DNA of 64,000 nucleotides, from positions 186,001 through 250,000 of the forward strand of contig OZ025670.1 in the NCBI GenBank assembly GCA_964019335.1, given 5' to 3'. Source of the stretch: Diplonema japonicum (taxonomy: Eukaryota; Protista; Euglenozoa: Diplonemea). The translations under genes were made by a program, and so were the position numbers. Positions 1 through 9,915 of the stretch are shown piece after piece. The notes under the pieces were generated by a model. That model did not search any database. It was not told where the DNA came from and saw only the letters and a program-made list of their open reading frames with translations. Numbering within the stretch: position 1 is the first letter of the stretch; every line of letters begins with the position of its first letter.

Positions 1-24
1 GGGGGGTGGGGCCCGGTGAACGAC

Positions 25-542
25 ATGATCTACAGCGTGTTCGTGTTCAATCGGTTCGGGACGTGTATTTTCCATGAAGACTACACCCCGAATCAAAAAA
101 GACCGAGGGGAAAGGAAAAGGTGTGGGTCCCGACGCAGAAAGAAGAGGACAGGTTCAAGCTTACAGCGGGTTTGGTGCACTCTGTGAAGTACTTCATCAT
201 GGCTATGTCCAAGAAGGATGAGGTGGCAGACGGCTTTTTCGGTTTCCAAACAAATATGTACAAATGCCACTACTTGGAATCGGCTACGGGGTACCGTTTC
301 GTGCTTCTCACCGACCCCGGGGTGCAGTTCGCGGACACAAAGCAACCCCTTCGTGAAATCTACAACACCTTCTCCCAAGTAGTGTCCAAAGACCCTTCCT
401 ACACCCACTCGAAAACTTGTGTCATCGTTAGCCCCGCTTTCGGTGATCACTTGCACGATCTTCTCTGCCAGGTATGGATAGAGGAAGACACGCCATATAC
501 ACTACACAGCTACCTTTCCATTCTGCCGAGCAATCTGTCTGA
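25..542 (+). CDS. TRAPPC1: TRAPP complex subunit Bet5/TRAPPC1 (sybindin-like); exons 25-471, 510-542
   Basis: Motifs MIYSVFVFNRFGTCIF, KLTAGLVHSVK and FQTNMYKCHYLESATGYRFVLLTDP match the Bet5 family. A 38-nt GTATGG..ACAG intron restores the C-terminus LPFHSAEQSV*. Confidence 0.85.
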
Positions 543-750
543 GCGAAACTTGTGGTGGGGAGGAGGGGGGGGGGGGGGGGGGGAGAAACGAAAAGGAAAG
601 AAAAAGACAAATTTGTAGCGTTTGCTATCCCTGCTTTGAGTGTACTATACTGATATACTGAGACTTTCACACCCCCCCCCCCCCCCCCCTCCTTCCCCCT
701 CCCCCTTCTCCTCAACCATCAAAAAAAAGAGAGAGAAAGAGATTGCAAAC

Positions 751-3700
751 ATGGACGTTCGGCAGGAGCTCATCGCCATGGGCATCGAAGGAAGTGCCAA
801 CAAGGTGTGTGTTTTTTTTTTCTCTCTTTTTTTCTTCAAGATGGTACACATGATGACAAACCTTCACTTTAACATGCGTGTCTTTAACCTGACCTTTTGT
901 GTTTGATGAATACCTTTAACTTTGGCTTGCTCTTTCTGACATGTTGCAAAAATACACAACGGAATGAGCAACCTTTTTAGGAAACCATGGCAGGGCTTGT
1001 TACAGTGCCTTGCGAAATGGGCCGTAAGGTCTGCGAGAGTTAATTCCTGCCTTCTGGTGTTTTTGTGGCAAAAACAAATCTGAAACGAGTGATGACAACG
1101 AAGCACCCTCTCCGGTCTCCAGCAAAACAATGCGAGATACAGCGTTGCTTTTATACCCCGTTACCCGTCTGACTTTTCTTCATTTGTTGCCCTGCATTTG
1201 TTTCTTTCCAATCCCCAAACAACATGATGACAAACCTTCACTTTAACATGCGTGTCTTTAACCTGACCTTTTGTGCTTGATGAATACCTTTAACTTTGGC
1301 TTGCTCTTTCTGACATGTTGAATAAGGCCCTCCATGGACAAAGCAACAGAGATGATTACATATAAGCAGTCTCCCTCTTCGTGAATGGTTTTGACGAGAA
1401 CCTGCTATTCGAACCTAATTACATTTTCCGATGATTTCTGTGCGAAAGAGAGAAATGGATAAGGAAAATGAAAGAAATGTAGAAAAGAGCCATCAAATAC
1501 CATTACTTCCTCTTCTCTGTAGTTAGTAAAGGGCCGCTTTGGTCACGAGATCATCATGGATCCCACTCTGGACCCGTGTGAGAGTGAAGACAATGATGAG
1601 GAAGTGCACACCTCACCAGCTGGCCACACATCATGGCCTTGATTGGTCCCTTAGCTGCACGAGAGCTGTGGTCCTCTCCTTGCAGGCAAATAGTGGAGCA
1701 ACCTTTTTAGGAAACCATGGCAGGGCTTTTTACAGTGCCTTGCGAAATGGGCCGTAAGGTCTGCGAGAGTTATTTCCTCTATTTTTGGTCTCTGTACCAA
1801 GAATGATGACAACGAAGCACCCTCTCCGGTCTCCAGCAAAACCATGCGAGATACAGCGTTGCTTTTATACCCCGTTACCCGTCTGACTTTTCTTCATTTT
1901 GTTGCCTTTGGTTCTTCCCATTTATTTCTTAAAAATATGATGACAAACCTTCACTTTAACATGCGTGTCTTTAACCTGACCTTTTGTGTTTGATGAATAC
2001 CTTTAACTTTGGCTTGCTCTTTCTGACATGTTGAATAAGGCCCTCCATGGACAAAGCAACAGAGATGATTCCATATAAGCAGTCTCCCTCTTCGTGAATG
2101 GTTTTGACGAGAACCTGCTATTCGAACCTAATTACATTTTCCGATGATCCACCGTGGGGAGAGTGCAGAGGATTCTGAGGAACGTGGCAAAGTTTGTGTG
2201 CTGAAAACACAGCTCATGCAGTGAACCTCCCTTTGTACTTTCCCACCTGTTCTTATGAGGTTGTGAAGGAATGGCGGGAGGCGAGATTTATTAATGAAGA
2301 AGAAGAGGAAGAAGATGAGGAAGTGCACACCTCACCAGCTGGCCACACAACATGGCCTTGATTGGTCCCTTAGCTGCACGAGAGCTGTGGTCCTCTCCTT
2401 GCAGGCAAATAGTGGAGCAACCTTTTTAGGAAACCATGGCAGGGCTTTTTACAGTGCCTTGCGAAATGGGCCGTAAGGTCTGCGAGAGTTATTTTCTGTA
2501 TCTTTATCTTTTGTGCCAGTGACAAGAATGATGACAACGAAGCACCCTCTCCGGTCTCCAGCAAAACCATGCGAGATACAGCGTTGCTTTTATACCCCGT
2601 TACCCGTCTGACTTTTTTCAATTTGCTGCCTTTGGTTCTTTCCATTTGTCCCTTTAAAAAAAAAGCATGATGACAAACCTTCACTTTAACATGCGTGTCT
2701 TTAACCTGACCTTTTGTGTTTGATGAATACTCTTAACTTTGGCTTGCTCTTTCTGACACTCTTCAATGGTTTAAAGAAACTGAAGAAAAAGGGGGGAATG
2801 AAGAAGAAAATAAAAACCACACAACCCACACCCACAGGTCGCTGTTGGCATCGTGAAGGAGGATGGAACAATTTTGGCAAATGTGAGGAAAACATACATC
2901 ACACCACCGGGGACGGGTTTCCAGCCGAGAGAGACCGCAATTCACCACCAGGTACTTTTTTTTTTCCCACTTTTTTTTTCAAAGTCTTTTTTTTAACAAA
3001 AGGAAAACCTTCTTGGACTGGTCAGGGAAGCGCTGAAGGAAGCCAAAATCGAGGTCAAAAAGCTAAATTGCCTGTGTTACACTAAAGGCCCCGGGATGGG
3101 CGCTCCGTTGCAATCGTGCGCGATAGTAGCCAGAATGCTGTCGCAATTATGGCAAATACCACTGATAGGGGTGAACCACTGCGTGGCGCACATAGAAATG
3201 GGCAGGGTAGTGACAGGTGCACAAGACCCTGTAGTTCTCTATGTGTCAGGTGGCAACACACAAGTCATCGCATATTCCAACAAGCGGTACCGCATCTTCG
3301 GGGAGACCATCGACATAGCTGTGGGGAACTGCTTGGACAGGTTCGCGCGGGTCTTGGACCTGTCCAACGACCCTGCACCGGGGTACAATATCGAACAACT
3401 TGCTAAAAAAGGAAAGCACTATGTAGAACTACCCTATGTCGTGAAGGGCATGGACATGTCTCTCAGCGGGCTGCTGTCCAACGTGGAGGCCATAACAAAA
3501 GCAAAACTTTCCGGTTTAACCGACAAAAACCAAGCCGGACCAAACGCCGGCAAAGGCGCACGAAAAGACAAGAAAACATGCATGACAATACCCGATCTCC
3601 CAGAGGACCTCTCCCCGGCGGACCTCTGCTACAGTTTGCAAGAAACGGTGTTTGCCATGCTTGTCGAAACCACTGAAAGGGCGATGGCGCACTGCGGGAA

Positions 3701-3947
3701 CAAAGAAGTGCTCATCGTAGGCGGTGTGGGTTGCAACTTACGCCTCCAGGAGATGGTGGCGAAGATGGCCGCCGACCGTGGCAGCACACCATGTGGAATG
3801 GATGACCGGTACTGCATAGACAACGGTGCGATGATCGCGTACACAGGACTGCTACAGTTCAAACACAGCAACATGATCACACCTTTGAAGGAGGCCACCG
3901 TCACACAACGGTACAGAACCGACGAGGTCGATGTGACATGGAGATAA
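751..3947 (+). CDS. KAE1: tRNA t6A threonylcarbamoyltransferase Kae1/OSGEP; exons 751-804, 2838-2951, 3003-3947
   Basis: The spliced product reads GIEGSANK|[26 protein letters not shown]|..[53 protein letters not shown]. Both introns are GT-AG and phase 0. Confidence 0.95.
848..944 (+). ncRNA. box C/D snoRNA candidate A, copy 1 (intronic)
   Basis: ATGATGA (C, 850) .. CTGA (D') .. TGATGA (C') .. CTGA (D, 936), closed by an ACATG/CATGT terminal inverted repeat; 4 near-identical copies. Confidence 0.85.
968..1041 (+). ncRNA. single-hairpin AGA-box RNA candidate 1, copy 1
   Basis: Basal stem GCAACCTT/AAGGTCTGC, internal pocket, upper stem CCAT..GCAGGG/CCTTGC..ATGG, then G-AGA-NNN; 3 copies. Confidence 0.7.
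1087..1175 (+). ncRNA. box C/D snoRNA candidate B, copy 1 (18S antisense)
   Basis: GTGATGA..CTGA. The guide CCCCGTTACCCGT directly before box D is complementary to conserved 18S ACGGGTAACGGGG, and CCCTCTCCGG is complementary to CCGGAGAGGG. Confidence 0.85.
1220..1320 (+). ncRNA. box C/D snoRNA candidate A, copy 2
   Basis: Same boxes as copy 1; terminal inverted repeat CAACATG/CATGTTG. Confidence 0.85.
1345..1436 (+). ncRNA. degenerate box C/D-like RNA candidate C, copy 1 (second copy ~2057-2148)
   Basis: Conserved between repeat units. Imperfect boxes ATGATTA..GTGA..TTGACGA..CCGA. Confidence 0.4.
1604..1667 (+). ncRNA. single-hairpin AGA-box RNA candidate 2, copy 1
   Basis: GTGCA/TGCAC basal stem, GGCCA/TGGCC apical stem, G-AGA-GCT end; 64 nt. 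Confidence 0.7.
1698..1771 (+). ncRNA. AGA-box RNA candidate 1, copy 2
   Basis: Identical to copy 1 except one apical-loop base. Confidence 0.7.
1799..1890 (+). ncRNA. box C/D snoRNA candidate B, copy 2
   Basis: ATGATGA at 1803, CTGA at 1883, same 18S antisense elements. Confidence 0.85.
1934..2032 (+). ncRNA. box C/D snoRNA candidate A, copy 3
   Basis: ATGATGA at 1937, CTGA at 2023. Confidence 0.85.
2226..2289 (+). ncRNA. single-hairpin AGA-box RNA candidate 3 (single copy)
   Basis: CCTCCC/GGGAGG basal stem followed by CG-AGA-TTT; 64 nt, the same length as candidate 2. Confidence 0.55.
2323..2386 (+). ncRNA. AGA-box RNA candidate 2, copy 2
   Basis: Differs from copy 1 only in the apical loop. 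Confidence 0.7.
2417..2490 (+). ncRNA. AGA-box RNA candidate 1, copy 3
   Basis: As copy 2. Confidence 0.7.
2525..2615 (+). ncRNA. box C/D snoRNA candidate B, copy 3
   Basis: ATGATGA at 2528, CTGA at 2608. Confidence 0.85.
2665..2760 (+). ncRNA. box C/D snoRNA candidate A, copy 4
   Basis: ATGATGA at 2667, CTGA at 2753; terminal stem eroded. Confidence 0.75.
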
Positions 3948-4057
3948 GTGGGTGGGGGCGAACAAAGTGTCTCTGTATTTTTTTTTTTCCCCATCCCCTA
4001 AATCTTTTCTTTTTTTCATTTTTTTTTTTTTTCCCCCAAAGGAAAAAAAAAAAAAAA

Positions 4058-4487
4058 ATGGGCGGGATAAAACTGATGCTGACCATCGCCATCCTTGCGG
4101 CCTTGGTCCCCGCCGCATTGACGAGAAAAGGCTCTCGCGGAGGAGCAAAGAAATGGGCTCTCCGTACAGTCCCGCTTATGTATTTCAACGGAGAAGGTGT
4201 TGACATGAAAAGCTTCACAGATATAAAACACGAGGCAAGAGAGCTGTTCGGAAGAGTACTGAACATGAACCGCACTGTCGAGGTCACAGGCCACATATGG
4301 ATGTTCCCAAACCAAGCACAGTACTACCACAAAATTGTTCAAGCTGAAAAGCGTGGAAGCACCCTGTGTGAAGTGGGCTTCGGGTCCGGTCTATCAAGCT
4401 TAGGATACCTTCGCAGCAACCCTGACATCAAACTCTTAACCTTCGACCTTTGGGACGATACAATGGGCCGTTTTGGCTTCGACCCCG
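4058..4487 (+). CDS. secreted/membrane class I SAM-dependent methyltransferase-like protein (partial, runs into gap)
   Basis: Hydrophobic N-terminus, motif I LCEVGFGSGLSS, and post-I LLTFDL. Confidence 0.65.
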
Positions 4488-4687
4488 NNNNNNNNNNNNN
4501 NNNNNNNNNNNNNNNNNNNNNNNNNNNNNNNNNNNNNNNNNNNNNNNNNNNNNNNNNNNNNNNNNNNNNNNNNNNNNNNNNNNNNNNNNNNNNNNNNNNN
4601 NNNNNNNNNNNNNNNNNNNNNNNNNNNNNNNNNNNNNNNNNNNNNNNNNNNNNNNNNNNNNNNNNNNNNNNNNNNNNNNNNNNNNNN
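4488..4687. other. assembly gap (200 N), followed by two 21-bp tandem units (4688-4729)
   Basis: Run of N, then GAGTACTTGTCAGCGAAGACA twice. Confidence 0.99.
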
Positions 4688-5640
4688 GAGTACTTGTCAG
4701 CGAAGACAGAGTACTTGTCAGCGAAGACAGTTAAAATTTTGCAATCAAAAGACTAATGCCCTGCGAACAAAGAAGAAGCACCAAGAAGAGCTTTTTTTTC
4801 TTTTTCTTCTCTTCTCACCCCCCTCCTCCCTTTTTTTTTTTCCCTCTTTCATCGGTGTTAAGAAGCGTAAAGGGTGTACTAAATAGTCCGATTCTTGTCC
4901 CCCCCCCCCCCCCCCCTGCTTCATATTCCTATTGTGTTCGAAAAGTTCTTATTTGCTGAAACAGTGGCTGGAATGGACTCAGGTTGCTCCGTTCAGTATA
5001 ATCTTGCAAATGCTCTGAGAACAGCTTTAGGTGATGAGGTGTCTGTCAAGCAGACAAAGTAGTAGATATTTACAAAAAAGAAAAAAAAAAAAAAGGTGGT
5101 ATTCGTTCGTGAAGTTTAAGGGGGAGTAAAAATAAAAGTAGATAAATAAATGGAAAAGTACGTCAGTAACAAAAAAAAAAAAAAAAGAACCGACGTAGGA
5201 ATCTTTTTTTTTTTTTTTGGTCGCTAACAAATTACTTTTTCCCAAAAAAAAAAATAAAAGAAGATACCCGAGCTCGAATGAAGCAAAAAAAAAAAAAACA
5301 AGGGGGGTAGAGAAAAAAAAGGAGGCGAAACCTCCTTCTTGTCATTAAATTATTTTTGTTTTGTTTTTTTTTTGTGTAGCGGTCGTTGCTAACACTCTCC
5401 CCCCACTCCATCAATAATGAAAAAAAAATTCTTATTTCTCTGCTTAATTAAAAAGTATCCACCCCTTCATCCCTTAAGTTCTCTTAACCATTCCTTTTAT
5501 CCTTATTCTTAAAGAAAAATATCAAACTTCTTTCTATAAAAAAAAAAAAAAAGAAAAAAAAAATCCAATCCAACAACCAGGAAAACACAAAAAAGTAATG
5601 TGACACGCAATCCAAGGGCACAAATCCTAAAGAAGAGAAA

Positions 5641-7956
5641 ATGCCTACAACATACAGCCCAGATGTGTCTGGTGGGATAATGTGGCCTTCGGGTAAGGCG
5701 ATTGCTGTGGGGGTGCCGAAAGCAGCACCATCACCGGTGAAACAATGTAACGAGAAAAATATTTTCCAACCACTGTCAGTGAGACTTGCTACTGCTGTGA
5801 GTGAGAAGCTGGAAAGACCAATGTCGAGGAGAATGAGCCCTGTAGGGTGGAGGGAGGGGTCGGCGAGTGCAGTGTACTCCTCGCACCCTCGTACCCCTCA
5901 CACCACTCCATTAACAACTCCCTGTGAATCCCCCAAAACGCGTACCCCTTCCCCTGCTCCCCAACCTCCTCAGCCGACCATCCCGATGGTAGCTATGGCG
6001 CCGCCTGTGAAGCGCACGCTTCTCCGCCTCCGCAAGCGGCGTGTCGCTGTGAAAAAATTCCGTTTCATCACCATTCACGTCCCCACCCCACTGCCACTAA
6101 GCGTTGATGGTGCCACGCAAACTCACATCAGCACGGCCTCTGCAGCTCTGCAAACCGAGCAACACACCACAACTGCTTCTCTTCAGACAGATGTCCTTAC
6201 CGTCCACCGGACAGCAACGCAAACAAACGCTTGCCAGTCACGCGAGACAGGTAGCATGGCCATCCCCCGCACGGCCACCGTGTCTTGTGGGGAACACGTT
6301 GACTTCAAAGAAGCGTCTACCCAGCACGCATCCCACATGAGGAGTGTAGCGCTGCAAGTGATCCCCATCAGAACACCTACGTACTGCAAAGGGACTTCGA
6401 CTGAACGTGCCACCCCCACACCGCCTGTGAAGTCTACGTGTGATGTGGGCGTTGTCGCTGAAGTCGCCACACGCGAGCAGGGCACAGACGACCAGATGGC
6501 ATCTCTCGACGTTGAGCTCATGTTGAAGGTGGCGACGCTCGAGAGGAACCTCGAAACCATGCTAGCGGCCAACGCACAGATGGAAGACACGCTCTGCGCC
6601 GCGGAGGACAGTCTTGCCGCTGCCAACCATAAGCTTCTTATTCCTAAAAATGACGTGCGCACCCAGACCTTCACTGAGCAGGCGGATGCAAACACACAAG
6701 CCACGTACAGATACGAAGGGGGCGATCAGGCGGTGCAGGCAGGCTCGGGGTGCACTGTCTTCGAGGATGCTGGAGTACATGCTTTCACCGAGCAAGCTAA
6801 TGCTGACACACAAGCTGCACCCAGTACGTCTGACAGCACAGTGCAGATGTCACCTGAAGTGAATGAGGCAACTACACAGCACTCACTAGCCACAGCGGCT
6901 GTGGGCATCCAAGCACAAACCCCTGGCATCAGCGTAGGCTGTTCGTCAACCCCCGATGTGGCGGAAGCCGGTACCTGCGCGGCAGTTGTGTCTGCAACAG
7001 TGGAATGCCAAAATGATTGCACAGAATTGTGTCCTATTGCCGATGTAAGCAGCCAAACACGACCTGACGTGCAAGAAACAGAGGTGCAAGTGTGCCCGTA
7101 CATGCTGCCGTCGTGCGAGGTTGGTCTGCAAACTACCAGCGACACAACATGCAGCAGTATGCAGGTGGACAACCTCTTGCAACAGAGATGGCAGCAGGAA
7201 GTGGGGATACAAAGCATGCCGTCTTGTGTGGGAGTGGCAACGCAGATTGACAAAGAGGGGCATGAGTGGGATGCGGATGTTGGGGTACAGGCGAAACAGG
7301 AAACAGCTGATGCCTGCAATCAGTGGGTGACAGAGCAGAGTGAAAGCGGCGTGCAGGCATGCAGCGAGATGTGTAACAGTACAACGCAGATCGAGGTGTC
7401 GACGAAGCCTTTGGGCGTGCAGGTACAGCCGAGTTATGCACAGGCAGCGCTGCAGGTGGCACCCGATATGGTGGACGAGGGTGATCAGGTGGAGGTGGTA
7501 TGCGAGGAGATGGGTTGCCAAACTGTTGAAAGTTCCCGGGTAGTGTGCGAGGAGATGAGCTGTCAAACTGACGGTGCACGTCCAGTGTTGGAGTCTGTTA
7601 GTGTGCAGACGGCAGTTCCAGTGCCGAGGCGAAAAGGTCTGCGAGACTGGGAACCCATCACACCGCTACGCACATCGACTATGCCCTCGAAGATGGTCCT
7701 GGACAACATACAAGCAGTCCTGACCTGTGTCAACAACCTCGTCACGCATGGCCCTTCAAATGACAATGTAACCTCTGCCAGCCGTACGCTCAGCACTACG
7801 CTCCATGAAGCCACCGAAGTATCGCAGCCAGCGCTCGAAAGAGAAGAGCTGCCTCCCATCTCCCCCCTCACGATGTCTGTCTCCGCTTCCCCCGAACACC
7901 CCTTCCCCTTCCCCACACAAAGACGCTACTCATGTCTAAGGTATAGAGATAGATAA
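5641..7956 (+). CDS. 771-aa disordered protein with many QT/QA/QV repeats (putative multivalent LC8 binder) and a short coiled coil
   Basis: Long ORF with poly-A start context. Motifs include DGATQT, TATQT, DVRTQT, DVSSQT, EVGLQT, EMGCQT and SVSVQT. Confidence 0.75.
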   Translation: MPTTYSPDVSGGIMWPSGKAIAVGVPKAAPSPVKQCNEKNIFQPLSVRLATAVSEKLERPMSRRMSPVGWREGSASAVYSSHPRTPHTTPLTTPCESPKTRTPSPAPQPPQPTIPMVAMAPPVKRTLLRLRKRRVAVKKFRFITIHVPTPLPLSVDGATQTHISTASAALQTEQHTTTASLQTDVLTVHRTATQTNACQSRETGSMAIPRTATVSCGEHVDFKEASTQHASHMRSVALQVIPIRTPTYCKGTSTERATPTPPVKSTCDVGVVAEVATREQGTDDQMASLDVELMLKVATLERNLETMLAANAQMEDTLCAAEDSLAAANHKLLIPKNDVRTQTFTEQADANTQATYRYEGGDQAVQAGSGCTVFEDAGVHAFTEQANADTQAAPSTSDSTVQMSPEVNEATTQHSLATAAVGIQAQTPGISVGCSSTPDVAEAGTCAAVVSATVECQNDCTELCPIADVSSQTRPDVQETEVQVCPYMLPSCEVGLQTTSDTTCSSMQVDNLLQQRWQQEVGIQSMPSCVGVATQIDKEGHEWDADVGVQAKQETADACNQWVTEQSESGVQACSEMCNSTTQIEVSTKPLGVQVQPSYAQAALQVAPDMVDEGDQVEVVCEEMGCQTVESSRVVCEEMSCQTDGARPVLESVSVQTAVPVPRRKGLRDWEPITPLRTSTMPSKMVLDNIQAVLTCVNNLVTHGPSNDNVTSASRTLSTTLHEATEVSQPALEREELPPISPLTMSVSASPEHPFPFPTQRRYSCLRYRDR

Positions 7957-8028
7957 TTATAATTATAAAGTTAGATTATTGTAATAATCAGCATCTCATT
8001 CAAAACGTCATGCCATGCAGTATACACG

Positions 8029-9491
8029 ATGACAGATGTGGTTGGCGAGAACATACGAGTTGTGACGAGGGTGCGGCCCATGCTGGACGATGAACCTGGA
8101 GAGTCCTTTGTGACTGTGGTGGATGAGAAGAAAGTAGAGGTGAAGAGCCACTCTGGCGTGCAGGTGTTCGAGTACGACGCCGTACTGGGAACTGCCTCGT
8201 CGCAGCAGGACGTTTACGACACGAGTTGCACTAATGTGCTACAAGCTGTCCTAAATGGATACAACGGGGCGGTGATAGCTTACGGGCAGACGGCGAGCGG
8301 GAAAACACACACAATGACAGGCGACGACGGGGTGGTGCCAACCGTAGCGAGACAGCTCTTCTCATCGGTTCAGAGAAGAGAGAACGACGGGAGCGGAATG
8401 AACTTCGAGATCTCATGCTCGTACATCCAACTGTACTGTGAGAAGATATACGACATGCTCGACGAAGGACGCTCCTGCACCCTGCAGACGGGATCGGGGT
8501 TGTTCCTGTCGAACGCTTCCAATGTCCCTGTGACTGAATGGGACGGCATGGTACACTTGCTCAAGAAAGGCGAGAAGAACAGAATTGTACACGAAACAGG
8601 CATGAACAAAGCTTCAAGCCGAAGCCACTCCGTTCTACTCCTAACACTGTTGTCCCGCTCAGGAAGCGTTGAGAAGATGTCGCAACTGTACCTGGTGGAC
8701 CTTGCAGGGAGCGAGTGCGTGGAAAAGACAAAATCGAAAGGAGAGGTTCTACAACAGGCAAAATCGATCAACTTATCCCTACTGTCACTCAGACGTGTAA
8801 TCACATCATTAGTAAAGAAAGCACAGCACATTCCATACAGAGACTCAATGCTGACAAGGATACTAGAAAGTGCTGTGGGTGGGAACTCCGTGACAACAAT
8901 CATCATCTGTGTGTCACCAAGCAGCTACAACCTCCCTGAAACTACGTCGAGCTTACGGTTTGGAATGTACACGGGGTCCATCACAAATGTGGCGGTGCAG
9001 AATGTGGTAAGATCGACGGACGAGTTGGAAGAACTGCTCCGAAAGCTGTACAAAGAGATCGAAGCAGCATTGATTACCAAGAAGAAGCTTGAGATAGAAG
9101 TAAAACAACATCAACACATTGTCATTAACGGGGGGGTGAAGATGGACAGTAGTATAGGGCGTCTTGCCACGCAGGTCTCTTCCTCCGATTTCGACATCCC
9201 CCAACACTTTATTTGCCCGCTTGGTGGGAAACTCATGTTGAACCCTGTGACCCTGGCAGATGGGGTCACGTACGAACGTGATATGGCTGAAAAGTATGAA
9301 TAGGGGGGGAAAAGAACTTTTTTTTTAAAAACGTTAGGTACATATTGCAGCACAAACGGCCACCCCGCAAGGTTGCTGCCTGCGTCGGAAACACGCACCT
9401 CTTGACCATGATCCCGAACCTCACCATTCGTGGTAACATCGAGGCTTTTATCGCCGAGCACGTTGCTGTCCAGAAACAACACGCTTGGTGA
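8029..9491 (+). CDS. kinesin motor + coiled coil + U-box; exons 8029-9293, 9338-9491
   Basis: RVRP, GQTASGKT, NKASSRSH, LVDLAGSE and HIPYRDSMLT motor motifs. The C-terminus IPQHFICPLGGKLMLNPVTLADGVTYER..IPNLTIRGNIEAF is completed by removing a 44-nt intron. Confidence 0.9.
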
Positions 9492-9915
9492 TGTGGACTG
9501 GCGTTTTTACGTGTTGTTTTTTTCTGCAAAAAAAAAAAAAAATAAATAAATAAAAAAAATAAATCTTGCCTAATCTTGTGTAGACTCTTGCACACCGAGC
9601 AGAAAAAAAAAAAAGAAGAAGAAGAAAAAGGTGTATTTTCTCCCATCCGCATGTCGGAAAAAAAAAAAAAAAAAAAAAAAAACGATTTTTTGTCTTCTTC
9701 TTTCTTACTTCTTTAGAACAAAGAATCATCGTCGGAAACCGGTTCTTCTTGTTTCTACTTTCCCTTTTTTTTTTTTTTTTCTCTATTTCCACAAAATAAT
9801 TTCCCTGACCCTTATTTTACCGCCTCGTGAGTTGCGATTTATTTTCTTCTTTCCCCCCCCTTGGTTCCTTTTTTTTTTTTTTTTTTGCAAACACACACAC
9901 CACATCAGGGCGGGG

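Noticed and set aside
968-1041. AAACCAT as the snR30/U17 m2 motif
   Set aside because: It is on the wrong side of the hairpin and there is no m1 (ATATTCCTA) partner.
864-2895. Repeated short ORFs ([11 protein letters not shown].., [12 protein letters not shown]..)
   Set aside because: They are translations of the snoRNA repeat unit, with inconsistent starts and stops between copies.
3938-4756. Single ORF spanning the N gap
   Set aside because: The gap length is a placeholder, so the frame across it is meaningless.
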